Source of the DNA: Armatimonadota bacterium
GTDB lineage: Bacteria > Armatimonadota > SYMT01
Assembly (NCBI GenBank): GCA_046292385.1
Contig: JBKBRF010000010.1
Coordinates: 84,357 to 148,356, forward strand
DNA length: 64,000 nt
Direction: 5' to 3'
In this document: piece after piece, positions 40,713 through 51,900 of the stretch
Layout of the letters: every line of letters begins with the position of its first letter
How positions within the stretch are numbered: position 1 is the first letter of the stretch
Program-made: the position numbers and the translations under genes
The notes under the pieces: model-generated
The model's database searches: none
Told to the model about the DNA's origin: nothing
What the model saw: the letters and a program-made list of their open reading frames with translations, nothing else

Positions 40713-42911
40713 TCAGCGGCGGTGCGGGCTGCCGTCGTTGCGGGCGAGCTCGGCGCGGACGGCGGCAAGGTGAGGGCGGAGGTCGCGCTTCTCGATCAGG
40801 CTCCAGAGGCTGCTCTGCTGCTCCCGCAGGGCGAGGGTGGCCAGGATCCAGGACTGTCCCCAGCCGGTCTCCACGCACCAGGGGCCCCAGCCGATGTCGC
40901 CGGAGCTGCCGAAGTACTCCCAGCGTCCGTAGTCGAACGCTCGGAACCAGGCGCCGTCGAGATAGGGGTGCTCCGGCGCGCGGATCTGGATGCGGCAGAG
41001 GTAGCGGGCGAGGCGGTCCTCCGCCTCCCGCATCCACGGCTCGCCGGTCGCGGCCGCCGCCTCGCGCAGCCCGAACAGGGCAAAGCCGGTGGTGTAGAGC
41101 TGGTCGCTGACCGGGTCGCCATTTTTCTGGATCAGCGGCGTCTCCCCCGTGCCGTAGCTCTCGTTGGAGGGCGGGACGTGGAGGTGCCCGCCGCCGCCCT
41201 GCTCGTTCACCTCCTCCGCCAGCGCGCCGCTGGGCCGCTGGTTGCGCAGCATGTCGCGCGTGACACGGGTCAGCCACTCCCGGTGCTGCGGGCGGTCGTC
41301 CACCCGCACCAGCCACGCCAGCGCCAGGATCATCCGGGCCCGGTCCAGGTTGTCCCGCCAGCGCCAGCCGGAGGGATAGGCGTCCATCGTCCGCCGGATC
41401 CCCTCCCGGGTGCGGTCCAGAAACTCCCGCTCTCCGGTCGCGCGGTAGCCCCAGAGATAGCACGCCCACAGGTACGCCTCGAAGTGAGGGGAGAGGTTGA
41501 CCCGCTCCGCGTCATAGAAGCTCTTCCAGCCGCGCCGCTCCAGCTCGGGGAGGTCGATCCGGTCGCCGCGGAAGCCGAGGCGGCCGGTGGTGCGCAGGTT
41601 GGCGAGCAGCGCGCGGAGGACGCTGCGGTCCCAGCGCGACGACTGCGTCCACCCGGTTGCCGCCAGCGTGGCGAGGAGGGTGCGGGCCTCGTCGTCGCCG
41701 TAGGTGGCGACCTCCCAGAGCGGCGAGACGGCGCCCCACTTGATCAGGCCGAAGGCGGGGTGAGTCGGGTCGGCGTGGACCCCGCCGTGCAGTCCGGAGC
41801 GCTCGTAGAGGTACTCCAGCAGGTTCTCGCCGACCTCGCGCGACTTCCGGTCCCGCCGCAGCGCCCACGCGCCGGCGAGCACCATCGCCGATTCAGCCTG
41901 GCAGTCGGCCCGCAGGGGGAGCCGCTGCCGCTGGTGCCCCCAGGCGTCGATGCCGGAAGCGTACCCCTCCAGGATCCCGTGGCTGCCATCCGCCGGAAGA
42001 CGGCGCGCAGGTCGAGAAGTCGTCTCCACGTTCTGCCGCAGGGCGGCGTGGACTTCTGCCTCACGCTCCGCGGGGAGCAGGAGGTCGGAGCGGTGATACC
42101 ACTCGACGCCCTGGCGGAAGGCGCGCCGCTCCACGTCGCCGGGCAGCTTCGCCTGCGGCCCGAAGGCGGGTGCGACGACCGGCTTCCAGCGCAGCTCGGG
42201 CACCCCCGGAGTCCCCGCGAGCCACGCGGCGAGGGCGCTCCAGGTACTCTCCCACTGGCGCTGCGGCGTGGCCCGGCTGGTGACGGGAGCGCTCAGGCGA
42301 GTGGTCGCGACCATGACCTCGCTCCCCGGGAGCCGGAAGAGGATGGGAGCCGCGTTCTTCGGGACCCCGTAGACGGCGTGGTCGAAGCCCGCCACCCGCG
42401 CGGCGACGAGGAGCGGCTCGATGCCGGCCGGGAGCGAGGCGTGCAGGTACTGCAGGCCGGGCTGCTCCAGGATGTCGTGCCGGGAGTGAGCGCCCTTCCC
42501 CGGACGCACCAGTCGCTCCCACTGCGGCGCTGGTCGCGCTTCCAGGGGAATGCCGGGCAACTCCGCCGGGTACTCCAGGTAGACCCGCAGCCGCCGGGCC
42601 GCGACCCGGGCGAGCAGCTCCGGCGAGACTTCCGTCCGCCGCTCCGGATAGCCAGCGGCGAGCAGCAAGACGCCGCCCCCCTGTGGGGCGCGCTCGACCG
42701 CCCGCTCGGGAGTCTCCTCGCGCAGCACGCGATAGCCCGCGGCGCTCAGGATGGGGCCCAGGTCGTTCTCCGGCGGTGCCGCGAGCACTAGCGTCGGCTT
42801 TCCGCGGCCCGAAGCCGGCACATCCGGAGCCGCGGCGGCAGCGATGCCGGCGGCGGCGAGCAGCAAAGCGCCGCAGGCAAGGCTTGCGCGGCGGAGTGTG
42901 AAGTGGCCCAT
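40713..42911 (-). CDS. Large secreted hypothetical protein (possible alpha/alpha-barrel carbohydrate-active enzyme)
   Basis: Signal peptide from MGHFTL; Trp/Tyr-rich helical C-terminal half. Confidence 0.7.
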   Translation of the reverse strand: MGHFTLRRASLACGALLLAAAGIAAAAAPDVPASGRGKPTLVLAAPPENDLGPILSAAGYRVLREETPERAVERAPQGGGVLLLAAGYPERRTEVSPELLARVAARRLRVYLEYPAELPGIPLEARPAPQWERLVRPGKGAHSRHDILEQPGLQYLHASLPAGIEPLLVAARVAGFDHAVYGVPKNAAPILFRLPGSEVMVATTRLSAPVTSRATPQRQWESTWSALAAWLAGTPGVPELRWKPVVAPAFGPQAKLPGDVERRAFRQGVEWYHRSDLLLPAEREAEVHAALRQNVETTSRPARRLPADGSHGILEGYASGIDAWGHQRQRLPLRADCQAESAMVLAGAWALRRDRKSREVGENLLEYLYERSGLHGGVHADPTHPAFGLIKWGAVSPLWEVATYGDDEARTLLATLAATGWTQSSRWDRSVLRALLANLRTTGRLGFRGDRIDLPELERRGWKSFYDAERVNLSPHFEAYLWACYLWGYRATGEREFLDRTREGIRRTMDAYPSGWRWRDNLDRARMILALAWLVRVDDRPQHREWLTRVTRDMLRNQRPSGALAEEVNEQGGGGHLHVPPSNESYGTGETPLIQKNGDPVSDQLYTTGFALFGLREAAAATGEPWMREAEDRLARYLCRIQIRAPEHPYLDGAWFRAFDYGRWEYFGSSGDIGWGPWCVETGWGQSWILATLALREQQSSLWSLIEKRDLRPHLAAVRAELARNDGSPHRR

Positions 42912-43236
42912 CCCGTCTCCCTCGGTCGCCCGCAATGGCGCCCCGGAAGCGTTCCGCCTCGGGTGCCCCGGTCCCTGCCGGATCGGCGGCGGCCCGGTGG
43001 GGCGACGATTCTCCCGGAGGAAATCTCCGCGCCGGTGCGGCACTGGGCTGCGGAAAGGCGTCCGAGTCTACAGTGATGCGCAGTCCGGGAGTGCACGCCG
43101 GCTGATGTCACCAAGATGGTGTGAGAGTTTTCACAGCATCCCCGCAACACGGCGCCCCATAATGGCACGACTACACGCCGGACGGCCGAGCACGCTGGCC
43201 ATCGGCCGCCGGACGAAACCCCAGGGGGGAGCAACG

Positions 43237-45129
43237 ATGAACGTGCTACGCAACACCTGTCTCACCGCCGCCGCAGCGCTGCTGCTGGCCGGACCGGCGT
43301 CCGGGGTCCTCGCCGCCCCGGCCCCCAAAGCCTCGGCGAAGAAGCCGTCGCCGGAGCTGTTCGTCGCCGTCGGGAAGCGGGACGCAGCGGAGGTCCGCCG
43401 CCTGCTGAACGGAGGCGCCGATCCCGACTCCCGCAACTTCCTGCAGATGACGCCGCTGATGTTCGCGGCGACGGTCGACGAAGTGGAGAGCGCGCGGGTG
43501 CTCCTGCAGGGAGGCGCCGACCTGAACGCGACGAGCCCGATCGGCGCTCCGATCACCTTCGCGACGATGGTCGGCAGCCGCGACGTCACGCTCCTGCTCC
43601 TCCAGCGTGGGGCGAAGATCGACGCTGCCCGGCCGGACCGCATCACCACCCTGATGTATGCCGCCCGCAGCGGCCAGGCCGACGTGATCCGGAAGCTGGT
43701 GGCCCGCGGCGTGGAGATCCACGCCCGGGACCTGAATGAGGAGACGGCGCTGAGCCACGCCGCCCGCGCCGGCCGCGCGGCGGCGGCGCGCGTGCTGATC
43801 GAAGAAGGCGCGCGGGTGGATGCCGCGGACAAGAAGGGGTGGACCCCGCTGATGCACGCCGCGGCGGGCGGCCATGCCGAGGTGGTGAAGCTGCTGATCG
43901 AGAAGGGGGCGCAGGTCGACCGGCGGGATCCGTCCGGCCGGACCGCCCTCCTGCTCGCCGCCTCGCTGGGCGATCACCCGGCGGCAGTGAAGGCGCTGCT
44001 GGCCGGCGGCGCCGCGATCGACGCGCGGGACAGCGAGGGCCGCACGCCGCTCACGCTCGCCTCGAAGCATGGCTATGGCGGGACGGCGGAGGTACTGCGC
44101 GCCGCCGGCGCGCCGGCGGTGCCGGCCGTGGAGCGGCCGGTCCGCACCGCCTCCCAGGCGGTGAAAGCCGCGTTGCCGCTGGTGGAAGGCTCCATGCGGA
44201 CGTTCGCGGAGCGGACCGGCTGCGTCTCCTGCCATCACGAGGGCCTCGGCCGCTGGGCGACCGGCGTGGCGCGGGAGCGCGGCTTCACCACCGACGCGAG
44301 CCTGGCCGGGATGCAGCGGGAACGGCTCGCCGGCTTCTTCGCGCAGGGGCTCGGCCCGGCGGTGAAGCAGGCGCTGGCGCACCCGGAGCTGATGCTGCAG
44401 GTGCCCGGCTCGGAGATCGGAGAGATCCCGCCGATGGTCGGCTTCGCGCTGGTCGGGATGGCGGCCCAGGGCGAGACCGCGGAGGCGCTCAACGAGGCGG
44501 CGCTGCTGCTGGGTCGCCAACAGGATGCGGACGGCGCCTGGCGGTTCCACCTGGAGCGCGCGCCGATGCAGTCGAGCTACGTCACCATCACCGCGCTCGC
44601 CGTGCGCTCGCTGACGGCTTACGCGGCGAAGGCGGATGCGGAGGAGACGGCGCGGCGGGTGCAGGCCGCGCGGGAATGGCTGCGGAAGTCGGCCGGCACC
44701 AGCCTGGAGGACCGCGCGTTCAAGGTGATTGGTCTCCAGTGGGCGGGTGCGGAAGCGGCCGACCTGCAGGCGCCGCTCCGCGAGCTCCGCGCGGACCAGC
44801 GGCCCGACGGCGGCTGGGGCCAGCAGCCGGGCTGGAAGAGCGACGCTTACGCCACCGGACAGGCGCTCTTCGCGCTGATCGAGGGCGGAGCCGCGGCGGA
44901 CGATCCGGCGGTCCGGCGTGGGACCGACTACCTGCTCCGCACCCAGCTCGACGACGGCTCCTGGTTCGTGAACAAGCGCGCGATCCCGGCGAACAACTAC
45001 TTCGACGCGGCGTTCCCGCACGGGCAGTCGCAGTATGCCTCGCACGCGGCCACCTGCTGGGCCACCATGGCGCTGGCGCGGATCGCGCCGCCCGAGCCGG
45101 CGGTCAAGCAGGCTGCTTCCGACCGATAA
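43237..45129 (+). CDS. Ankyrin repeats fused to CxxCH and prenyltransferase/squalene-cyclase-like repeats
   Basis: Signal peptide, about 8 ankyrin repeats, GCVSCHH, QDADGAW/QRPDGGW/QLDDGSW QW-motifs. Confidence 0.85.
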   Translation: MNVLRNTCLTAAAALLLAGPASGVLAAPAPKASAKKPSPELFVAVGKRDAAEVRRLLNGGADPDSRNFLQMTPLMFAATVDEVESARVLLQGGADLNATSPIGAPITFATMVGSRDVTLLLLQRGAKIDAARPDRITTLMYAARSGQADVIRKLVARGVEIHARDLNEETALSHAARAGRAAAARVLIEEGARVDAADKKGWTPLMHAAAGGHAEVVKLLIEKGAQVDRRDPSGRTALLLAASLGDHPAAVKALLAGGAAIDARDSEGRTPLTLASKHGYGGTAEVLRAAGAPAVPAVERPVRTASQAVKAALPLVEGSMRTFAERTGCVSCHHEGLGRWATGVARERGFTTDASLAGMQRERLAGFFAQGLGPAVKQALAHPELMLQVPGSEIGEIPPMVGFALVGMAAQGETAEALNEAALLLGRQQDADGAWRFHLERAPMQSSYVTITALAVRSLTAYAAKADAEETARRVQAAREWLRKSAGTSLEDRAFKVIGLQWAGAEAADLQAPLRELRADQRPDGGWGQQPGWKSDAYATGQALFALIEGGAAADDPAVRRGTDYLLRTQLDDGSWFVNKRAIPANNYFDAAFPHGQSQYASHAATCWATMALARIAPPEPAVKQAASDR

Positions 45130-45161
45130 CAGGTCTGTAGCGGCGACGGAAAGGACGACTT

Positions 45162-45770
45162 ATGAGTGTGCCGGCCCAGGCGTGGATTTCCCCGGAGGAG
45201 TATCTCGAGCGAGAGCGTGCGTCCGAGTGGAAGCACGAGTACTTCGACGGAGAGATCCTTGCCAGGGCCGGCTCATCGCTGGCGCATAACCACCTTGTCG
45301 TCAACTTGGTTGCGCAGATACGGCCGCAGCTCCGCGGTGGTAAGTGCCGTGTTTATGGGCTCGACATGCGGCTCAAAGTCTCACCAACAGTCTATACCTA
45401 CCCCGATCTGGTGATTGCCCCTGGAGACATCGCCGTGGAGGCGGAGGCGGACGACATCTTGATCGATCCGGTCGTGGTGATCGAGGTGCTCTCTCCCACT
45501 ACAGAGGCGTACGAGCGAGGCAAGAAGGCGGACGAGTACCGACACATGGAGTCGCTCCGGGCGCTCGTGCTGGTAGAAGAGGAGCGGATGCGGGTGGAGT
45601 GCTTCACCCGCGGCACGGAGCCGAATAGATGGGAGCTCACCGCGCTGGTCGGGCCGGAGGCGCGGCTGCGACTGGAGGCGATCGGCTGCGAGCTAACGCT
45701 GGCGGAGATCTACGAAGACGTGGAGCTGCCGGAGAAACCGGTCTCCCCGCGGCCGGTCGTCGATCTCTAG
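45162..45770 (+). CDS. Uma2 family endonuclease
   Basis: EEYLERE..KHEYFDGEI, YPDLVI, IEVLSPTTEAYERGKK. Confidence 0.9.
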   Translation: MSVPAQAWISPEEYLERERASEWKHEYFDGEILARAGSSLAHNHLVVNLVAQIRPQLRGGKCRVYGLDMRLKVSPTVYTYPDLVIAPGDIAVEAEADDILIDPVVVIEVLSPTTEAYERGKKADEYRHMESLRALVLVEEERMRVECFTRGTEPNRWELTALVGPEARLRLEAIGCELTLAEIYEDVELPEKPVSPRPVVDL

Positions 45771-46555
45771 TCCGGCACCCAGATGCTGCCCTCCAGGTAG
45801 CGGACCGCCCGCCCGGAGATCAGCACTCGCTCCCCCGCCAGCTCGCAGAACAGCTCTCCACCCCGCGCGGAGACCTGGCGGGCGTGGAAGCGGGTCTTGC
45901 CGAGCCGCTCTGCCCAGTACGGCACCAGCGTGCAGTGGGCAGAGCCGGTAACGGGGTCTTCCGGAATACCGGCTCCGGGAGCGAAGAAGCGCGAGACGAA
46001 GTCGCAGTCGTCCCCCGACGCGGTGGCGATCACCCCCAGGCCCTCCACGCGCCGGAGCCGCTCCATGTCCGGCCGGAGGGCGCGGACCTCCGCCTCCGTC
46101 TCGTAGCGCACCAGCCAGTCGCGAGAGCCGACCACCTCTCGGGCCTCGCCGCCCAGGGCGGGGAGCAGCTCGGCCGGCGGCGTCTCGACCTCGCGCAGGG
46201 GGAGACGCGGGAAGTCGAGGGTGAGCAGCCCCTCGCGCCGCGTGACGGTGAGGGGGCCGCTGCGGGAGTCGAAGCGGACCGACTCGAGCTCCGGCCGCAG
46301 GTACTCGAAGATCACCCAGGCGCTGGCCAGCGTGGCGTGGCCGCAGAGCGCCACCTCGACCTCCGGCGTGAACCAGCGCAGGTGGTACCCGTCTCCCCGG
46401 GGGACGAAGAAGGCAGTCTCCGCCAGGTTGTTCTCCGCCGCGACGCTCTGCAGCACCTCGTCCGGGAGCCAGTCCGCGAGTGGACAGACGGCGGCCGGAT
46501 TCCCCCGGAACAGCTGGTGGGTGAACGCGTCGATCTGATAGAGAGGGAGCTTCAT
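45767..46555 (-). CDS. PhzF family isomerase
   Basis: YQIDAFT..FRGNPAAV, ENNLAETAF, LCGHATLA, EDPVTGSAH. Confidence 0.93.
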   Translation of the reverse strand: MKLPLYQIDAFTHQLFRGNPAAVCPLADWLPDEVLQSVAAENNLAETAFFVPRGDGYHLRWFTPEVEVALCGHATLASAWVIFEYLRPELESVRFDSRSGPLTVTRREGLLTLDFPRLPLREVETPPAELLPALGGEAREVVGSRDWLVRYETEAEVRALRPDMERLRRVEGLGVIATASGDDCDFVSRFFAPGAGIPEDPVTGSAHCTLVPYWAERLGKTRFHARQVSARGGELFCELAGERVLISGRAVRYLEGSIWVPD

Positions 46556-46675
46556 CGAGTGCTCTCGTCCATGGAGCGCCGGAAAGTCGGCCTGTTGGCC
46601 TGCAGGCGAGCGATAGGCATAGCGCGCTAAGCCAGCATGGTCTATTATGAGGAGGGAGGCCGAAAACGCCACGCT

Positions 46676-47893
46676 ATGCCCACGCCCGGAGAACGCGCGA
46701 TCCGATTGCCGCAGGAGGACGAGGCGCGCTGCCGCGCCTACGGCAGCCTGAAGCTTCTCCTGGAAGCGGCAGATCTGCTGCTGGTGCCGCTCGCGCTGGC
46801 TGTCCTTACGCTCTCCGGCGCCGCCTCCGCGCTCCTCGCCGCGTGCGAGGCCACCACTCCCGGCTGGCCGGGGCACCTGGAGTTCCTGATCCTGGTCGGG
46901 TGCGTGGTACGCGGGGTCCAATTTCCGCTGCACTTCCTGAGTGAGAGCTGGCTCGACCGGCGCTTCGGCCTCAGCGCGCAGGGCGCCGCCGGGTGGTGCT
47001 GGGAGTGGCTCTGCCGCTCCGCGGTGCTGGGGATCGCCGGGCTCCTGGTGCTCCTGCCGGTGGTCGAGCTCCTCGGCTGGTGGCCGGTGCTCGCGCCGCT
47101 CTGGTGTGTCCTCTTCCTCCTGGGACGCCCGCTCTTCTTCGAGTGGATCTACTATCCGCTGCTCGGCCTCTTCTATCCGGTGCGGTTCCTGCGGGAAGAG
47201 ACGTTCTCGCTGCCGGGGATCGGGCGGGTCACGCTGCCGGTCTACCTGGTGAAGGTGAGCCACCGCACCCGCCGCGCCAACGCCAGCATCCGGATCCGTG
47301 GCAAGCGCTCCGCCATCTACGTGACCGATACCCTGATCGACGAGTTCGACGACGGCGAAGAGCGCGTGGTGATGGCGCATGAGTTCGGACACCTCTACGA
47401 CCAGCTCCACCTGGAGGAGCGGACCCGCGCCGGGGTGGCGCAGGCGCAGCGGAAGCTGGTCTACGGCTCGGTGCAGCTCCTGGCGGCGATCTTCAGCGTC
47501 GTCTGCATGCACCTGCTCTCGCCGGCCCTCGGGTTGAGCGGCGTGCAGGACCTGCGCGGCGTGCCGCTGCTGGTGGCGCTGGTGCTGGTCTTTACGCAGG
47601 CGCTCTCGCCCCTGATCTACGCGGAGGCGCGGCGGGACGAGAAGGACGCCGACGAGTACGCGCTGGCGATTACCGGCGACGTGGAGAGCTACGTCTCCGT
47701 GATGCGCAAGCTGCGCCAGATCAACCTGGAGGAGAGCCATTCATCCGGACTGGCACGAGTGTTGTTCGACACGCACCCGAGCTACAGCGAGCGGGTGCGG
47801 CTGGCGTTCGAGTACCGGCGCAGGCACGGGAAACGAAAAAAGCCGCGGCACTGGCGCGGCTGGAAGCACATTCAACGACACGGTCGCCGCTGA
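46676..47893 (+). CDS. M48 family (Ste24-like) membrane metalloprotease
   Basis: Multiple TMs, HEFGH, EKDADEYA, THPSYSER. Confidence 0.85.
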   Translation: MPTPGERAIRLPQEDEARCRAYGSLKLLLEAADLLLVPLALAVLTLSGAASALLAACEATTPGWPGHLEFLILVGCVVRGVQFPLHFLSESWLDRRFGLSAQGAAGWCWEWLCRSAVLGIAGLLVLLPVVELLGWWPVLAPLWCVLFLLGRPLFFEWIYYPLLGLFYPVRFLREETFSLPGIGRVTLPVYLVKVSHRTRRANASIRIRGKRSAIYVTDTLIDEFDDGEERVVMAHEFGHLYDQLHLEERTRAGVAQAQRKLVYGSVQLLAAIFSVVCMHLLSPALGLSGVQDLRGVPLLVALVLVFTQALSPLIYAEARRDEKDADEYALAITGDVESYVSVMRKLRQINLEESHSSGLARVLFDTHPSYSERVRLAFEYRRRHGKRKKPRHWRGWKHIQRHGRR

Positions 47894-48061
47894 CGCACGA
47901 TGAAAACCGGGCGGATGTCCTACGAAAAGTGGGTTTGTTGGCTGGCAGGTTAGCAGCGGGCCGCAGACCGGGTAGGAAAGGGGCGGAAAGGAGGGCGGTC
48001 GAGGACCGACCGCCCCGCCCAGCGCGGATCGGCCGGGGGAGCTCGGGAAGAGGGGCTAGAG

Positions 48062-48361
48062 ATGTCGCTCGCAACCTGCCGGAGATGCCAGGCAGTATTC
48101 ATCGTCGATCTGGACGAAAACGGGGGAACCCGCGCGCTCTGTCCCTACTGCGGACGGGAGATGGAGCCCGCGAAACCGCAGGACGTACAGAAGCGCATCG
48201 AGCGGCGGCGGACACCCCCCAGGCCGGAGCCTCCGGACGCGGAAGCAGGCCCCCACGTCGGCACCGGACGGCTGCCGCAGCCACCCGATCCGCCCACCGC
48301 CGTCTTTCCGTACCTGGTCGCCGTCTTGCGAGACCGCCGCGGGCGTGAGACCGGGCGTTAG
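48062..48361 (+). CDS. Small zinc-ribbon protein
   Basis: CRRC...CPYC; AGAGGGG RBS. Confidence 0.6.
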   Translation: MSLATCRRCQAVFIVDLDENGGTRALCPYCGREMEPAKPQDVQKRIERRRTPPRPEPPDAEAGPHVGTGRLPQPPDPPTAVFPYLVAVLRDRRGRETGR

Positions 48362-48388
48362 CCCCCCGCAGCTTTCGCGGGAGGGACG

Positions 48389-48841
48389 CTAGCCGAAGAC
48401 CGGGTGGAGAAAGGCGGGCAGGCCGCTGCATTCCACCAGGCTCTGCGGAAGCTCCAGCGGGGCGCTCGTCGTGTCGCGGGCGACATACTCCGCGATCCCG
48501 AAGAGCCGTTCGAGGTCGATCGGCTTCGGGAGGATGCCCTGGGCGCCGGTGGCGAGCGCCCGCTCCCGCGGGACCTGGTCGGACGCGCCGGAAACGATCA
48601 GCATGCAGCGGTGCCCGCGCGGAGCGAGCAGCGGCAGCAGCTCCACGCCGTCGAGCTGCGGCATCCGGTAGTCGATCAGCACCAGGTCGTAGCGCGTGGT
48701 GTCGGAGAGCGCCACGCCCGCGTAGGGGGTGAGCGCCACGTCGACGGCGCAGCCGGCGCTCTCGAGCAGGCTCTCGATCGTCTCGCAGAAGCCGGCGTGG
48801 TCATCGATCACCAGCACGCGGAGAGAGCGGTTCAGACGCAT
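48389..48841 (-). CDS. Single-domain response regulator (CheY-like)
   Basis: VLVIDD, DLVLIDYRMP, KP. Confidence 0.88.
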   Translation of the reverse strand: MRLNRSLRVLVIDDHAGFCETIESLLESAGCAVDVALTPYAGVALSDTTRYDLVLIDYRMPQLDGVELLPLLAPRGHRCMLIVSGASDQVPRERALATGAQGILPKPIDLERLFGIAEYVARDTTSAPLELPQSLVECSGLPAFLHPVFG

Positions 48842-48947
48842 GGTGAGGGGCCCTCGTCGCCGCGCAACTACGGGACCGCGGCGGCTGCACTATTGTGAGC
48901 GATTGTGGGCCGGACCGTCAATCCGGCCGCGGGACGCCCCGTGCCGG

Positions 48948-51900
48948 TCAGGCCTCGAGGATCCGCGCGAGGGCGGAGAACTCGACCGGCTTCACCAGAT
49001 GGTAGTCGAACCCGGCCTCGCGGGAGCGGTCGCGGTCTCGCTGCTGCCCGTAGCCGGTCAGCGCCACCAGGCGCAGCCCGCTGCCGGTCTCGGCTTCCCG
49101 CTCCCGCAGCTGCCGCGCCACGGCGTAACCGTCCATCCCGGGAAGGCCGATGTCGAGCAAGACCACCTGCGGCGCAAATTCGCGCGCCACGGCGAGCGCC
49201 GACTGGCCGTCGTACACCACCCTCACTTCCGCGCCCCACATTTCCAGGATCTCGGCTAGGGTGTCGGCGCTGTCCTGATTGTCGTCCACCACCAGGATGC
49301 GTCTCGCTCCGGGCTCCGGGGCGGTCGCTGACGGGTCCTCGGCGTGCCGGCTCTCCGTGACCGGCGGCTCGAGCGCGCCGGCGAGGGCGACCTGCTCGCC
49401 GGCCGGCAGCCGGACGACGAACTCACTGCCCTTGCCGGGGCCGTCACTGTGCGCTGAAACCTCCCCGCCGTGCATCTCGACGAGCGTCCGGACCAGCGTG
49501 AGGCCGATGCCCAGGCCGCCCTGCGTCCGGTCCAGCGGTCGCTCCGTCTGCACGAAGAGCTCGAAGATGCGCGGCAGGTCGTCCGCCGTGATGCCGACCC
49601 CGGTGTCCCGCACGGAGATGGCGACCCACCGGTCCTCCGGCGTCACGCGCACCCAGATCTCGCCGCCGGGCTCCGTGTACTTGGCAGCGTTGGTGAGCAG
49701 GTTCGCCACCACCTGCTCGATGCGGGTGGCATCCACGCGCACGCGGATCGGCGCGTCCGGCAGCTCCACGTGCAGCGTATGGCCGCGGGCGTCGATCAGG
49801 GGGCGGGCGTCCTGGATCGCGTGGTGGACCACGCCGCCCAGCTCGGCCGGCTGGATCCTCAGCTCGATCTTTCCCCGCGTGATGCGAGAGACGTCGAGCA
49901 GGTCGTCCAGCAGCCGTCCCATGTGGGCGATCTGCCGCTCCAGCACCTCCCGCTCGTCGTGGAGCACGTCGTGCGGGAGCTGCCTCAACCGGATCAGCTC
50001 CAGGCTGTTGCGGATGGCGGCCAGCGGATTGCGAAGCTCGTGCGCCAGCATCGCGAGGAACTCGTCCTTGGTCCGGTCCGCTTCTTGCAGGTTGCGGAAG
50101 AGGCGGGCGTTGTCCAGCGCCAGCGCCGCCCGCCGCGCCAGCTCTTCCGCCAGCTCCAGATCCTGCCCGGTGTAGCTCCGCCCCGACTCGGCGTGGACCA
50201 GGGTGATCGTGCCGAGGATCCGCTCGCGCGCCTTCAGCGGCACCACGATATACGACCGGAGCTGCAGGCTGCGGATCAGCTCCAGGTGCTCGTCGTCCTG
50301 CGCCGCCTGCTCCAGCACCTCCGGCGGGATCTCCGCCATCATCTCGGACCGGCCACTGCGGGCGACGGCCGGCGCCCCGTACGGCGAGTCCTGCCGCGCA
50401 GGATACCGGCGCTGCAGCTCGTGGACCCAGCGCACCTTGGCCGGATCGGTGTGCGCGACGGCGAGCTGCCGCAGCGCTCCGTCCTCCTCCACCACGTGGA
50501 CCGAGCACCAGTCGGCCAGGGCAGGCACCATGAACTGCGCCACGGCGGCAAGCGTCTGCTCCCAGTCGAGGCTGGACGAGACGATCTCGCTCGCCTCGGC
50601 GACGAGCGAGGCCTGCCAGCGAGCGGCCTCGGCGCCGGCCCGCATCTCCCGCTGCTCTTCGTACAGCTCGGAGGTGCCGACCGCGGCGGACGCGAGGTTC
50701 GCCAGCGCCGCGCCGATCCGAAGCTCCAGCTCGGAGAAATGATGGGGCTGGCGGAAGTAAAGCGTGATGGTGCCGCGGAGCTCCCCGCGGATGCGGAGGG
50801 GCAGTACCAGCAGCGACTCGATCCCTTCGCGGCGGTAGCCTTCCTGCCGCTCCTTCACCAGCAGCGCTGCCCGCACGTCCGGAATGGCCACCGGGTCCTG
50901 CGGGAGCTGGTGGCTCTCGACCGGACGCAGCGCGCCCTGTTGATAGCCTTCCGAGAGACCCGAGGACGCCGCCATCTCCCAGGCGTCCCCGCCGGCCGGC
51001 AGCCGCCACACCGCGTAGGCATCCGCGGGAATCAGCGTTTGGGAGATGGTGATAAGCCGGGAGAGCACCTCATCAAGCTCCAGCGAGCCGAGCAGGGACG
51101 CGGACCCTTCCACGAGCAGCGTCAGGCCGCGCTCCAGCTCCTGGTGTAGGCGCAGTGCCGCTTCCCGGTCGGCCAGCGCCGCTTCCACTCGCTGGTAGAG
51201 ACGATGGCGCTCCACCGCCAGCCCGCACCGGCGGGCCAGGTCGGAAGCCAGGGAGACGTCCTCCGCGCCGAACGTGCGGTTCGGGTCGAGCGAGAAGAAG
51301 CCGATCACCCCGAGGAGACGCTCGTCGACCAGCAGCGGCACCGCCAGGTAGGAGGTCACGCCAATCTCGCGCAGCAGGCGCAGGTGCTCCGCGTCCCGGG
51401 CGGCCGCGATCCGGACCGCGTCGGTAATCTCTGAGTAGAGGACCGGCTGCTTCGAACGTACCACCACGGCGGAGCCGAAGGCGGCGTTGATGTCCGGCGG
51501 GTACCGTTCCGACAGCGCGCGGATCTGCTCCGACCGCGGGTCCGGCTCGAGCACGAGCGCCACCCGCCGCAGCCGCTGGGAGCCCACCGGCTCGTCGTCG
51601 ACCAGATCGATGAAGCATGCCGAGGCGATCGTCGGGACGGCCAGCCGGCTGACTTCCTGCAGGGTGCTCTCGACGTCGAGGGTGGAGGCGAGCGTGATGC
51701 TTGCTTCCAGCAGGAAGGTCAGATGGCGGCGCTGCCGCGTAAGATCCTCGTAGGCCTGGCGCAGCTCGTCCTGCTGGATCCGCAGCTCTTCTTCCACCTG
51801 CTGCAGCTCTTCGTGCTGACTCTGGAGCTCCTCGTGGGCGAGCTGCAAGCTCTCGGCCTGGCCGTCCGCCACCTGGCGCCGCTCCTCCGCCTCCTGCCGC

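Noticed and set aside
43237..45129. Squalene-hopene cyclase partner for HpnP
   Set aside because: Single barrel, no DxDD motif, secreted ankyrin fusion
47751..47765. Sigma-54-like TGGCACGAGTGTTGT
   Set aside because: Inside the M48 CDS, lacks the -12 GC, and lies about 300 bp from the next start
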